Notes: generated by a model not told the origin, from the sequence alone. A stretch of DNA of 64,000 nt from Flavobacteriales bacterium (GCA_019638085.1 JAHBUL010000010.1:15656-79655); one strand, 5' to 3'; shown: positions 10,639 to 20,649, counted from the stretch's first letter. Numbers and translations are program-made.

Positions 10639-11774
10639 CGCTTTTGATATTCCTCAATGAAAGGAAAGCCCAAGGAAACCCGGAAGCCTTCCCCTTTCGT
10701 GGAGACGGCCTGAAATTTTCCTCGGTTACCATAAAGTAGTGATAGTCTTTCCTTTACATTGCTAAGACCTATGCCTCCATTGGACAAGGCGTGGGGAACA
10801 TCCGCACAACCCTTGCCATTATCGCTCACCGTTAACTGGATGGTTCCCTGTTCACGCCTCGCCACGATGTTGATGCATACTTCATCGCTTGTGGCATCCA
10901 ATCCATGTTTGATCGAGTTTTCCACCAGCGGCTGTAGGACCATTCCAGGTACCATTGCGTTCTGGCATTCGGAAGGAATGTCATAGCGTACCTGTAAGCG
11001 ATCCCGAAAACGGATCGTTTCAATATCAAGATAATTCCCGACGTGGTCCACTTCGTGGATCAGCGGCACGGTCTCATGTTGTTCCTCATCGAGCGTGGTG
11101 CGCAGCAACTGGCCTAATCGCGATAGAACGGTTCGTGCACTCTTGTTATCCACGTCCATCAAGGCACTTACGGTATTCAGCGTGTTGTACAGGAAGTGGG
11201 GTTGCAACTGTTTCTTGAGTGCAAGCAGTTGGGTGGTTTGCAGTTCATTCTGCAATTGGAGCACACGGGTCCGTTCCTGCCGGATCTGGCGTCGCGTCTC
11301 CGTATACATCAGTAATACCAATAACAACCAGTATTCCATGAAACGCTGGACAATGCCGCCGGGTAGGCTGAGCAATGCACTGTTCAGCATCTCCGATTGC
11401 CATGGCATGCGCCCGCTGTGGTGCAATACCAGCACGTACAAGAAATTCGTGAACACTTCATGGAAAGAGCAAAGCAACAGACCCAGTGTGAAGTGCAGCA
11501 GGATAGGCTGCCACATGGGCCTTGCGTTCAAGGGCCAGCGTTTGGACCATCGGTTCACCAAGGGAAGCAACAACGCCCATGTGAAGAAATTGAGAAACGG
11601 TATCGGTGCCTGGATCCACCAATCAAACCGTGAAATATGGGTGCCCATCTCCGTTCGACCAATGAAGGAGGTGAACACGAACAGTACGGACAGGAGCCCA
11701 GCTGCCAACAGCACGGTCCGCATGGGGATCGGCGAGCTGCTGATATATGAGCGAATGCCTGAAAGGAAGCGCAT
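10635..11774 (-). CDS. LytS/YehU-type membrane sensor histidine kinase
   Basis: N-terminal TM helices, QLQPHFLYNTLN H-box, LQPLVENSIKHG, DNGKG, GIGL.NV.ERL; overlaps the regulator start (ATGA). Start is uncertain (the ORF extends to TTG 11963). Confidence 0.92.
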   Translation of the reverse strand: MRFLSGIRSYISSSPIPMRTVLLAAGLLSVLFVFTSFIGRTEMGTHISRFDWWIQAPIPFLNFFTWALLLPLVNRWSKRWPLNARPMWQPILLHFTLGLLLCSFHEVFTNFLYVLVLHHSGRMPWQSEMLNSALLSLPGGIVQRFMEYWLLLVLLMYTETRRQIRQERTRVLQLQNELQTTQLLALKKQLQPHFLYNTLNTVSALMDVDNKSARTVLSRLGQLLRTTLDEEQHETVPLIHEVDHVGNYLDIETIRFRDRLQVRYDIPSECQNAMVPGMVLQPLVENSIKHGLDATSDEVCINIVARREQGTIQLTVSDNGKGCADVPHALSNGGIGLSNVKERLSLLYGNRGKFQAVSTKGEGFRVSLGFPFIEEYQKR

Positions 11775-12229
11775 TTTCAGGACGGCCCTTTTGGACAGTG
11801 GTACGTGATGGCCATTGAGCGGAGCCTCACCTTCCCTGAGTGAAGGTTCATAGCGCCAATCTACGGAACTCTGCACATTTCCGCGCTGATCTCCCGTTCC
11901 CGGGGTTATGCTACCCATTTTGACTTTCACGAATATGGCCCTTTGGAAAGGGGAGAAAGCCAAAGTATCCCCTGAGGAGGAGGAATGAGTGACGGACGGG
12001 ACGGTCCGTGCTTATTGGGATGGATCAAGCTGGGATCCGCGCCTCTCTTAACAACGGGAGAATAACATGCGCCGAAGGTAGTTGGCGAAGGGAAGTAGGG
12101 CAGGTCGGCTTTTAAAGGAATTGGGAGGGCTGTGTACCGCTCCGTCCTGTCCCTTCGGCCCAGCTATCCCGAAACGTGGAAATGAGGTCAGATTCACACG
12201 CAACTACGTCCGATCGCTTCGCTTGGAAC

Positions 12230-13042
12230 TCAGCCGATGGTAACGGTCACGGTTATACCGTTCACCGTAATGGTGAACGTCCCGTCACAAGCACCATTCC
12301 CGTAGTCGATGATGCGTGTAGGCAGGTCCTGCGGGGTGATCGACACCGTGCCTTGTGTGATATAGGGGCATCCCCAGTTCACATGCAACGCGTTGGTGAT
12401 CGAAATGGTGTAGGGCACACCGTTGCGATCGACGCCATTTCCGCTGCCCGTGATCGTGTAGGCGTCATCCGTCCAAGTAGGGGTACTGCTCCCGGCGATC
12501 CATGTGCGCACCCTTTGGGAATGATGGCTTGCCGTCCAACTGTTATCCGGGGCGGTTATCGTGCCGTCCACGGTCACATTGAAGTACGGTTGATGGGCGG
12601 CATTCAGGCCCATGTTCGTCACCGTCTTACTGCCCTCCACATGATGGTCGTTCACATAGTAGTTCTGCGGAGTGATGGTGATCACCGTGCCCGAGTCGCC
12701 ATACGCGCCGGTGAAGGTGACGAAAAGGACTCCGCGCCTTGTGCGACCATTGGCGGCCGTGCAATCCGTAAGGCCGAAATCGACGGACATGGTATGTGGC
12801 GTGGCAGCAAGGTCGATCGTCACGGTGGGTGCACAGGCATCATCCGCTTCGCGAAGCCCATTGTCGGTAGCCGCCAAGTCCACTTGGAGCATCATGTCGT
12901 TGAAGTAGTCTTCCGCGATGGCGTTGTCCTTTGCCGTGGAAAAATCAAAGGATGGCGTTACGGGCTCCTCTATGTCCTTTCGGCATCCGACCAGTGCCAA
13001 GAGCACGATCGTGGTACACGCTATGGATCTCAGGTCACTCAT
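12230..13042 (-). CDS. Surface lipoprotein of unknown function (Thr/Gly-rich beta protein)
   Basis: Lipobox LALVG-C followed by RKDIEE; DFG...C...NG.TR.G motif typical of Bacteroidota lipoproteins; start moved to MSDLRS. Confidence 0.8.
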   Translation of the reverse strand: MSDLRSIACTTIVLLALVGCRKDIEEPVTPSFDFSTAKDNAIAEDYFNDMMLQVDLAATDNGLREADDACAPTVTIDLAATPHTMSVDFGLTDCTAANGRTRRGVLFVTFTGAYGDSGTVITITPQNYYVNDHHVEGSKTVTNMGLNAAHQPYFNVTVDGTITAPDNSWTASHHSQRVRTWIAGSSTPTWTDDAYTITGSGNGVDRNGVPYTISITNALHVNWGCPYITQGTVSITPQDLPTRIIDYGNGACDGTFTITVNGITVTVTIG

Positions 13043-13106
13043 CGGCGTAGTGCTTTTGTGGGACTTTGACCAAGTAACGTGCCAATGGTTTGATCTGACC
13101 GTGGAC

Positions 13107-13607
13107 TTACTTCTGCAGCACCGCGAACGTAAAGGCATATTTATGCCGTTCGTCCGCCTTGTGCTTCTCGGCCCACACTTCCTTCCAGCCCTTGCCTACC
13201 TCGGGGAAGTACACATCGCCCTTGGGCTTGGCATGAACGGTGGTGAGGTAGAGGCGGTCCACAAGGTTGGCCTCAAAGGCTTCGGTGTAGAGTTGCCCGC
13301 CGCCGATGAGGAACACTTCCTTGATGTTGGCCTTGCGCGCGATATCGAGCGCGTCCTTCAGCGAATGGGTGACTATGGCGCCAGGGGCTTTGTAATCCTT
13401 GTCCCGTGTGACCACGATGTTGACGCGGTCGCGCAGGGGGCGGAAACGCTCGGGAATGCTCTCATAGCTCCTGCGCCCACTGATCACGTAGTGGTTCAGG
13501 GTGGTGCGTTGGAAGAACTTCATGTCGTCCGGTAAGTTCCAAGGGAGCTCACCGTCCTTGCCGATCACGCCATTCTCGGCCACGGCTGCTATAGCGCTGA
13601 TGATCAT
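13107..13607 (-). CDS. folA: Dihydrofolate reductase
   Basis: [45 protein letters not shown]; coupled to thyA. Confidence 0.97.
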   Translation of the reverse strand: MIISAIAAVAENGVIGKDGELPWNLPDDMKFFQRTTLNHYVISGRRSYESIPERFRPLRDRVNIVVTRDKDYKAPGAIVTHSLKDALDIARKANIKEVFLIGGGQLYTEAFEANLVDRLYLTTVHAKPKGDVYFPEVGKGWKEVWAEKHKADERHKYAFTFAVLQK

Positions 13608-14398
13608 ACGGAGACGGATGCTTTAATGTGTGGGTGCGGATCGTAGTTCTCCAGGATGAAGTGCTCGAAACGGAATGCAAAGATGTCCTTCACGGAGGGG
13701 TCGATACGCAAGGTTGGCAACGGACGCGGCTCCCGGGTGAGCTGGAGCTCGGCCTGTTCGAGGTGGTTCAAGTAGAGGTGAACGTCGCCGAAACTATGGA
13801 TAAATTCCCCGGGCTCCAGATCGCAGACCTGCGCGACCATCAGGGTGAGCAGGGCATAGCTGGCGATGTTGAAGGGAACGCCGAGAAAGGTGTCGGCGCT
13901 GCGTTGGTAGAGCTGGCAGGATAATTTGCCGTCCGCAACGAAGAACTGGAAGAGGCAGTGGCAGGGGGGAAGCGCCATGCGGTCCACATCGGCGGGGTTC
14001 CATGCGGTCACGATCAAGCGCCTGCTGTTGGGGTTCTTCTTGATCATCTCCACCACGTTGGCGATCTGGTCGACCTGGCCACCACTTGGTGTGGGCCAGT
14101 GGCGCCACTGGTAGCCATAGACCGGGCCGAGGTCGCCATCAGCATCGGCCCATTCGTCCCAGATCTTCACCCCGTTCTCCTGCAGGTACTTGATGTTGGT
14201 ATCGCCTTGCAGGAACCAGAGCAACTCGTGGATGATGCTCTTCAGGTGGAGCTTCTTGGTGGTCAGCATCGGAAAGCCCTTGGTCAGGTCGAAACGCATC
14301 TGGTAGCCGAAGCAACTGATGGTGCCGGTACCGGTGCGATCGCCCTTGCGCGTGCCGTTCTTCAGGATGTGCCGGAGCAGGTCGTGATATTGTTCCAT
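13604..14398 (-). CDS. thyA: Thymidylate synthase
   Basis: [38 protein letters not shown]. Confidence 0.99.
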   Translation of the reverse strand: MEQYHDLLRHILKNGTRKGDRTGTGTISCFGYQMRFDLTKGFPMLTTKKLHLKSIIHELLWFLQGDTNIKYLQENGVKIWDEWADADGDLGPVYGYQWRHWPTPSGGQVDQIANVVEMIKKNPNSRRLIVTAWNPADVDRMALPPCHCLFQFFVADGKLSCQLYQRSADTFLGVPFNIASYALLTLMVAQVCDLEPGEFIHSFGDVHLYLNHLEQAELQLTREPRPLPTLRIDPSVKDIFAFRFEHFILENYDPHPHIKASVSV

Positions 14399-14408
14399 GT
14401 GTAGCCCG

Positions 14409-14416
14409 CAAAATTA
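14409..14416 (-). promoter_or_regulatory. Bacteroidota sigma-A -7 box (TAATTTTG) for thyA-folA
   Basis: Exact TAnnTTTG match 10 nt upstream of the thyA ATG. Confidence 0.65.
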
Positions 14417-14543
14417 CCTTCCGCAACTCTTGGGTGATCTTTTTACCGCAAAGGCGCAACTAGCGCGACGGAGAGCGCCGGAGGTGAGCGTGGTTGTTTT
14501 TAACCGCAACGTTCGCAGCGACATATCTACGGCAGTCAGGAGC

Positions 14544-16181
14544 GCAACGGGACATGTTTCAACTTTCAGCCTTCCAGTTTCACCTTTCATCCTTCTTGTT
14601 TCAACTCCCCTCTCCGGGAAACCTCCTCCTCAACCCCGGCACGGATGCGATCAGGCGGTCTCTCATCCGTTCGTAGTAGGACTTGTCATCGATGGCGTGC
14701 GCGATCATCGAAGCGATCATGGCGGCGTACATCAGTTGGAGGATGGCGCTATGACGATCGGTCATTTCCAGGATGATGATGGCACTGGTGAACGGCGAGC
14801 GGGTGATGCCGGTAAGGAAGGCGCACATACCACCGAGCACGAGGATGTTCAGCTGTCCACGATCCACCCCGAACCAATGGCCGAAAAGCCCGCCGATGGC
14901 CGCGCCGGAAGAGAGTGCTGGGCCGAAGAGCATGCCTGCACTGGCGCTGCCGGTGGAGATGATGGAACCCAGGAGGCGGCCGGCCACATCCTTCACCGAC
15001 GGGTTCGGTTCCATCGCAAAGAGGTAGCGGTCCATCAGGGCCTCGCCGCTTCCCAACGCCATGGGTCCGAATGCATTCACCACGCAGGCGAAGGTGAGCG
15101 CGCAGAGCAGCACAAAGGTGCCTTGGGCCACCTTCCCTTTGATGGCACGTCGGATCTTGTCCAGTAATAGCACGGCCTTTCCGCTGAGCACGCCCATGGC
15201 ACCCGCCACTGCGCTGATCGCCAGCAAGGTGTACATGAAGGACGGACCCACGCGCTCCAGTTTGGGGTAGCCCAGTATCAGATAGGGTCCGAGCAACCAT
15301 TGCGCGGTCATGCCGCTGATGATCACGGAGCTGAGCACGGCCGTGCGGAACTTGCCGATGTGCGTGCGCGTGAGCTCTTCCATGGCGAAGACGATCCCGC
15401 CCAACGGGGTGTTGAAAGCCGCGCTCAATCCTGCCGCTCCGCCGGTCACCATCATCACGCGGCGGCTCACTTTGGGCCAGAAGGGAGGAAGCAGTTTGTG
15501 GACCACCCGATACACGCTGCCGGCGATCTGGAGGATGGGACCTTCACGTCCGATGGCGCCGCCTCCCATCACCATGGCCATGGTGGCACCCACGCGGACG
15601 AAGATGATGCGGACATTGAGGAAGCGCCAACTGCCATCGTTGCGCTCCTCGTCGTCGGCCACCTCGGCTGCTGCGATCAGTTGTGGTACGCCGCTGCTTC
15701 CGGCCATCGGGGAGAAGCGGGTGACCAGCCACCAGCTGAAGAGGAAGGCCACCGGTGCCGTGATGAAGATCAAGTGCGGGTGGGCGGTGATCAGCTCCAC
15801 GTTCCGATGCTCCAACCACATGAAGAGCTTGGTGAAGCCCACGGCCACCAATGCGGTGACCACGGCAGCCACTTGGTAGGGTAGCGCCAGCATCCACATG
15901 TCCTTGATCTGGGATCCCACGCTGGATCCCCGCATGCGGCCACGGAGCGCACGCAACGCGGCGCGAATCCGCGTGCCCCAGCTTTCCTCAGCCGATCGGT
16001 GTGTGCCCTTTTTCACGCCGCAAGATTAGTGCGGTGATCGAGGTGCTGGAGCGCTACTGCGCAGTGTTCATCAACAGTCCAGTAGGAATTGGAGGATGGG
16101 AGTCTGGAGTCTGTGAGTCGGGAGTCTGTGAGTCTGGAGTCCGAGCCAGTACAAGCTGAAAGTTGAAAGGCGTGCAACGGA
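14544..16181. mobile_element. Possible non-autonomous cassette carrying the ClC gene (19-bp imperfect inverted repeats plus a flanking 7-bp direct repeat)
   Basis: 14552-14570 acatgtttcaactttcagc versus reverse complement of 16155-16173 acgcctttcaactttcagc (16/19, inner 14 perfect); gcaacgg(g/a) immediately outside both (14544-14551, 16174-16181). No transposase. Confidence 0.35.
14601..16016 (-). CDS. ClC-family chloride channel / Cl-/H+ antiporter
   Basis: GSSGVPQ, GREGP (gating Glu), AAFNTPLGGIVFAMEE, RSPFTSAIIILEMT. Confidence 0.93.
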   Translation of the reverse strand: MKKGTHRSAEESWGTRIRAALRALRGRMRGSSVGSQIKDMWMLALPYQVAAVVTALVAVGFTKLFMWLEHRNVELITAHPHLIFITAPVAFLFSWWLVTRFSPMAGSSGVPQLIAAAEVADDEERNDGSWRFLNVRIIFVRVGATMAMVMGGGAIGREGPILQIAGSVYRVVHKLLPPFWPKVSRRVMMVTGGAAGLSAAFNTPLGGIVFAMEELTRTHIGKFRTAVLSSVIISGMTAQWLLGPYLILGYPKLERVGPSFMYTLLAISAVAGAMGVLSGKAVLLLDKIRRAIKGKVAQGTFVLLCALTFACVVNAFGPMALGSGEALMDRYLFAMEPNPSVKDVAGRLLGSIISTGSASAGMLFGPALSSGAAIGGLFGHWFGVDRGQLNILVLGGMCAFLTGITRSPFTSAIIILEMTDRHSAILQLMYAAMIASMIAHAIDDKSYYERMRDRLIASVPGLRRRFPGEGS

Positions 16182-16290
16182 GTTATTTTTTCTGCGATGC
16201 CCGCTTTTCACCATTCACCGATCACCAGCCACTAACCGCCGAACTGATCAGCGTAGATCCGCTGGATCCGCGTCATCCGCGTCCCATTCA
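16098..16290. repeat. Composite short-tandem intergenic repeat (GAGTC heptamer tract + TCACC heptamer tract + ATCCGCGTC nonamer tract), copy C
   Basis: ggagtctggagtctgtgagtcgggagtc..., tcaccattcaccgatcaccagccac, atccgcgtcatccgcgtccc; same module order as 27532-27616 and 36460-36567. Confidence 0.7.
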
Positions 16291-16299
16291 GACGCCCAC

Positions 16300-17562
16300 T
16301 TACATCAAGATCCCCGCGATGGTGGCGCTCATATAGCTCGCCAACGTTCCGCACATCAGCGCCTTCAGACCCAGTCTGGCCAGGTCACCGCGACGCTCTG
16401 GGGCCAACTCGCCGATGCCGCCGATCTGCATGCCTACGCTGCTGAAGTTCGCGAAGCCACAGATGGCAACGGATACGATCAGAAGTCCTTTCTCCGTGAT
16501 GATGGGCACTTCGCGTGAGGTGAGGCTCTTGAAAGCTACGAATTCGTTGATGGTGAGCTTCTGGCCGAGCAGGGTGGCCACGTTGCTGATATCGGCGGCC
16601 GGCACACCCATGGCCCAGGCCATCGGGTAGAAGATCTTACCGAAGATCCAATCGAGCGAGAGGTTGAGGTCGGGGCTGAAGAGGTGGCCGATGCGGATCA
16701 GGCCGTAATCGATCAAGGCGATCAAGGCGATGAAACCGATGAGCATGGCGATCACGTTCATGGCGATACGCCATCCGTCACCGGCGCCGTGGCTGATGGC
16801 ATCCACCGTGTTGATGTAAGGGCTTTTCACTTCGAGCTTCACCTTGCCCATGGTCTGGCTTTCCTCGGTCTCGGGCCATACGATCTTGCTGATCACCAAT
16901 GCGCCGGGCGCGGCCATCAGGCTGGCGGCGATCAATTTCGGTGCGAGGTCCATCCCGGCCTGCGCGCCCATGGCCACATACACCACCAGGATGCTGCCCG
17001 CTATGCAGGCCAAGCTGCCGGTCATGCTGGCGAGCAGTTCGCTCTTGGTCATTCCCGCGAGGTAGGGCCGGATCATCACTTGGGCCTCCACCTGCCCCAC
17101 GAATGCGCTGGCCACGTTGCTCAAGGCCTCGGCACCGCTCACGCGCATCACCCAGTGCATCGCCTTTGCGATCACCGATACCACGTGTTGCATGATGCCC
17201 ACGTGATAGAGCACTGCAACGATGATGCACACCAGAATGATGGTGGCCGTGATGTTGAATGCGAACACGAAGCCACCTTGCACGTAGTTGGCAACGGTGC
17301 CGTCGAACTGTTCCACCCCGATGCCGCCGTACACGAATGCTGCACCTTCGCGTGCAAAGGATTCGATCTTCTGCATGCCCAGGCCGATGTTCTGGAAGAA
17401 ACGGGTGACCGGTGGGATCTTCAACACCAACACGGCCACGAGCAGCTGTAGGCCAAGCCCGCTGAAGACCGTCCGGTAGTTGATCCGCTTGCGGTTATTG
17501 CTGGCGAGGAACGCAATACCGAGAATGAGGATGACGCCGAAGAGTCCTTGAAATCGCTCCAT
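16300..17562 (-). CDS. Concentrative nucleoside transporter (CNT/NupC family)
   Basis: FVGQVEA, MAAPGAL, KL.INEFVAF, CGFANFSS.G.QIGG. Confidence 0.95.
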   Translation of the reverse strand: MERFQGLFGVILILGIAFLASNNRKRINYRTVFSGLGLQLLVAVLVLKIPPVTRFFQNIGLGMQKIESFAREGAAFVYGGIGVEQFDGTVANYVQGGFVFAFNITATIILVCIIVAVLYHVGIMQHVVSVIAKAMHWVMRVSGAEALSNVASAFVGQVEAQVMIRPYLAGMTKSELLASMTGSLACIAGSILVVYVAMGAQAGMDLAPKLIAASLMAAPGALVISKIVWPETEESQTMGKVKLEVKSPYINTVDAISHGAGDGWRIAMNVIAMLIGFIALIALIDYGLIRIGHLFSPDLNLSLDWIFGKIFYPMAWAMGVPAADISNVATLLGQKLTINEFVAFKSLTSREVPIITEKGLLIVSVAICGFANFSSVGMQIGGIGELAPERRGDLARLGLKALMCGTLASYMSATIAGILM

Positions 17563-17707
17563 GAGGGTGGGAAAGGCGGTCAATGTAGGAGGAACGGAGC
17601 AAATGATCGGTAAATGAAAAGATCGGAAGATCGGAGGCTGGTGTACGTTGCTCTTCTTGGCGAGGTCATCAAGGACGGGCCGTTACTTGCAGGATGTCCA
17701 TCGTGGC

Positions 17708-18799
17708 CTACTCCTTTTCCACCCGTCGTGCCGTGGGGTGTACCAGCGGTACGATCACGTTTCGGCGCACCCAGCGGGGCAGGATGATGGCGCCGATAAG
17801 GATGTAGGGGTAGTAGCTGAGCAGTCGCCAGAGCAGCGCGATGGCCGGGGCGAGGCCGGGTGCCACGTACATACCGAGGAAGTCGTTGAAGATGAACTCC
17901 GCCAGTCCGCTGCCACCCGGGGTTGGGCTAAGCAGCACGATAATGCCCATCACCACCTGCTTGGCATACACCACCAGATCGCTGTGGTGCAGGCCACCAG
18001 GAAAGGCGTGCAGGATGCAGTTCACAATGCTGTAGCGTGCGCTCCAGCTGATGAAGGTGGTGAGCAGGGCCGGCCACCAATAGCTCCAGCCGCGGTGCTT
18101 CAGGCCATTGGCGGACACGATCAGCTGGTCCCCCGAGGTCACCGCCGCACGCCTCCAGCGCCGCAGCACAGGTGCCGAGAAGAAGCCCACCATGGCGCGC
18201 TTCACGAAGACGGGGTTCACGAAGAGGGCATAGGCCACGAAGAGCTTGTAGGCCAGGATGATGAAGTAGACGGTCCAGAAGGCGAAGAAGAGGCTATTGC
18301 CCAGGAAGGTGCCGGTGAACTCGGTGCCTTCAAAGAGCGCTGAGCGGCCCACGAGGAAGTAGACCAGCGGCGCCATCACCGCGAGGAAGATGCCGTCCAG
18401 GAAAGAGGTGAAGGTGATCACGGTGATGCTGGTACCGGTATCGATGCCCTCGCGGGTAAGGAACCAGATGGCGAAGAAGAAACCGCCTCCGATCATGCCG
18501 GGGGCCAGGGCGCTGGCGAATTCCCAGAGCATGATCACCACGAAGGAGCGCCACCAGTTGAGCTTCTTGTCCGTGAGGTGGCGGATGCGCATCATGTACA
18601 TCCAATCGCGCACCACCAGACTGAGCAAGGCCATCGCCATCCAGAAGGTGGTGTTCCAGGTCCACTCAACGCGGTCCAAGGCACTCAGATCGGCGGTCCG
18701 CCAAATGAGGATGGCGGTGATGCCGAGGCCGATCACCACGGGCATCAGCATCTTGGTGATGCTGAAGTTCTTCAGGATGTGCGCCTCATCCTTCACCAT
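17708..18799 (-). CDS. Flippase-like membrane protein (lysylphosphatidylglycerol synthase TM / UPF0104 family)
   Basis: Polytopic; SPTPGGSGLAE and LWRLLSYYPY motifs. Confidence 0.85.
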   Translation of the reverse strand: MVKDEAHILKNFSITKMLMPVVIGLGITAILIWRTADLSALDRVEWTWNTTFWMAMALLSLVVRDWMYMMRIRHLTDKKLNWWRSFVVIMLWEFASALAPGMIGGGFFFAIWFLTREGIDTGTSITVITFTSFLDGIFLAVMAPLVYFLVGRSALFEGTEFTGTFLGNSLFFAFWTVYFIILAYKLFVAYALFVNPVFVKRAMVGFFSAPVLRRWRRAAVTSGDQLIVSANGLKHRGWSYWWPALLTTFISWSARYSIVNCILHAFPGGLHHSDLVVYAKQVVMGIIVLLSPTPGGSGLAEFIFNDFLGMYVAPGLAPAIALLWRLLSYYPYILIGAIILPRWVRRNVIVPLVHPTARRVEKE

Positions 18800-18888
18800 G
18801 ACAGGGCGAAGGTTCCGGCCAACGGGAGGAAGGGAGCATCCGGATGTTCATCTTCCTGTTTCTGGCTCCCCGATGCTTTCCGCTTCGT

Positions 18889-19479
18889 TCAGTTGGTGCC
18901 TTCGCGGCGCTTGAGTTCGTCCCTCAGTTTGCTGGCGCCTTCATAATCCTCCGATTCAATGGCATCGTGCAGGAGCTGCCGCAATTCCTCGGGGCTTGCG
19001 GTGCGGATGTTCTTCTTTGCCGGGGGCGCATCCTCCTCGGTCGCGGCGCTCTCGGTCTCCATTTCGCCTTCCTCCATCTTCAGCCCGGCGGCCGCCAGGA
19101 TGAACTCAAAGGTGTAGATCGGGCAGTTGAACCGCATGGCCAGGGCGATCGCATCGCTGCTGCGCGCATCCACTTCCACGGTCTTCCCTTCCTGCTCCAA
19201 TACCAACTTGGCGTGGAAGATGCCCTCCACCAGGTCATTGATCACCACCTCGGTGAGGTGGATCCCGAACTGATCGGAGAAGTTCTTGAAGAGGTCGTGG
19301 GTGAGCGGACGGGCCGGACGGATGTTCTCGATCTGGATCGCGATGGCTTGCGCCTCCACGCCACCGATGATGATCGGTAAGCGTCGATCGCCTTGTACTT
19401 CCGAAAGGATCAACGCATAAGCGCCCGCGTGGGTATGGCTGTACGTGATGCGCAGGAACTTCAGCTCAACCTTTTCCAT
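18889..19479 (-). CDS. Bifunctional nuclease (DNase/RNase) family protein with C-terminal UVR domain
   Basis: LPIIIG..EAQAIA, RPLTHDL, DARSSDAIALA; C-terminal AIESEDYE.A.KLRDE. Confidence 0.93.
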   Translation of the reverse strand: MEKVELKFLRITYSHTHAGAYALILSEVQGDRRLPIIIGGVEAQAIAIQIENIRPARPLTHDLFKNFSDQFGIHLTEVVINDLVEGIFHAKLVLEQEGKTVEVDARSSDAIALAMRFNCPIYTFEFILAAAGLKMEEGEMETESAATEEDAPPAKKNIRTASPEELRQLLHDAIESEDYEGASKLRDELKRREGTN

Positions 19480-19534
19480 GTCTTCTTTAGCGGGGTGGTG
19501 AAGGTAAGGAGAACGCAGTTGCCTTTGGCGCTCC

Positions 19535-19692
19535 CCGGTTGTCAGTTGTTAGTTGTCAGGTTGGCCCAGACTTCCCTGTTATGCGGCTTGTTCATTCGTT
19601 CCATGGCCCAAAGGCGGCTTGCTAGCGTGCCGGTTGCCCCGTTCCCAACGGTCCGGCCGAAGAGGCCAAGGACCCTGACAGCCGACAATCGG
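19535..19692. repeat. ~160-bp geneless element bounded by inverted TGACAAC-type heptamer tracts
   Basis: ccggttgtcagttgttagttgtcagg (19535-19560) ... cctgacagccgacaatcgg (19674-19692); the same heptamer occurs at 30319-30348. Confidence 0.6.
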
Positions 19693-19701
19693 AACGGGGG
19701 C

Positions 19702-20649
19702 CTACCGCTCTGCGTTCAGCTTTTTGGCGGCCTCGATCAGTTTCGGGAGCACCTCGAAGGCATCGCCCACGATGCCGTAGTCGGCAGACTTGAAGAAGGG
19801 GGCCTCGGGGTCGCTGTTGATCACCGCGATCACCTTGCTGCCGTTCACGCCGGCCAAGTGCTGGATGGCACCGCTGATGCCGATGGCGATATACAGGTTC
19901 GGACGGATGGCCACACCGGTCTGCCCCACGTGCTCGTGGTGCGGGCGCCAATCCATATCGGCCACAGGGCGGCTGCAGGCGGTGGCGGCGTGCAGTTCCT
20001 TGGCGAGTTCTTCCACCATGCCCCAGTTCTCGGGTCCTTTCATGCCGCGCCCGGCGCTTACCACCACTTCGGCCTCCGGCAAGGGGATGCCCTCACCGGC
20101 CTTGCGGGTCTCCTTCACGGTGACCTTGGCCACGCCGAGGTCGCCGCTGTATTCTTCCACGGAAGCACCGGGGCTGGCGGCCTCCACGGGGATGCTGTTC
20201 GGCAATACGCTCACCACCTTCAGCGGGGTCTTCAGCTCCACCCAGGCCTGGGCCTTGCCGCTGAATACGTTCCGCTTGATGTGGCCCTGCTCGTTCGGCA
20301 GGGTGATCGCACCGGCCACTTCACCGGCCTGTAGCTTGGCTGCCACGCGCGGCGCTACGGCCTTGCCGGTATCATCATGGGTGAAGATGATCCATTTGGC
20401 GTTCTCCTTCCCGGCCAGATCGGCCACCAGGCGGGTGAGCTGCTGGCTGTCGGCATCGCCGATGTTGCGCGCCACTACCACCTTGTTCGCGTCCAACGCG
20501 CCCAAGCGGTCCTGCGGGGCATCGCCGAAGGTGACCAAGGTGACCGTTCCGCCCTCCTTCGCGGCGATCTTCCGGCCATAGGTCAATGTTTCCAATGTGC
20601 TCTTGGCGACCTTCTCGCCCCGGGTATCTGCAAATACGATAACGCTCAT
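19702..20649 (-). CDS. etfA: Electron transfer flavoprotein alpha subunit
   Basis: VSAGRG, CSRPV, VGQTG, YIAIGISGAIQHLAG, AVINSDPEAPFF. Confidence 0.97.
   Translation of the reverse strand: MSVIVFADTRGEKVAKSTLETLTYGRKIAAKEGGTVTLVTFGDAPQDRLGALDANKVVVARNIGDADSQQLTRLVADLAGKENAKWIIFTHDDTGKAVAPRVAAKLQAGEVAGAITLPNEQGHIKRNVFSGKAQAWVELKTPLKVVSVLPNSIPVEAASPGASVEEYSGDLGVAKVTVKETRKAGEGIPLPEAEVVVSAGRGMKGPENWGMVEELAKELHAATACSRPVADMDWRPHHEHVGQTGVAIRPNLYIAIGISGAIQHLAGVNGSKVIAVINSDPEAPFFKSADYGIVGDAFEVLPKLIEAAKKLNAER

Noticed and set aside
14601-16016. ClC as a fluoride exporter (CLC-F)
   Set aside because: It has GSSGVP/GREGP rather than GNN/GREGT signatures, and no fluoride riboswitch is visible upstream.
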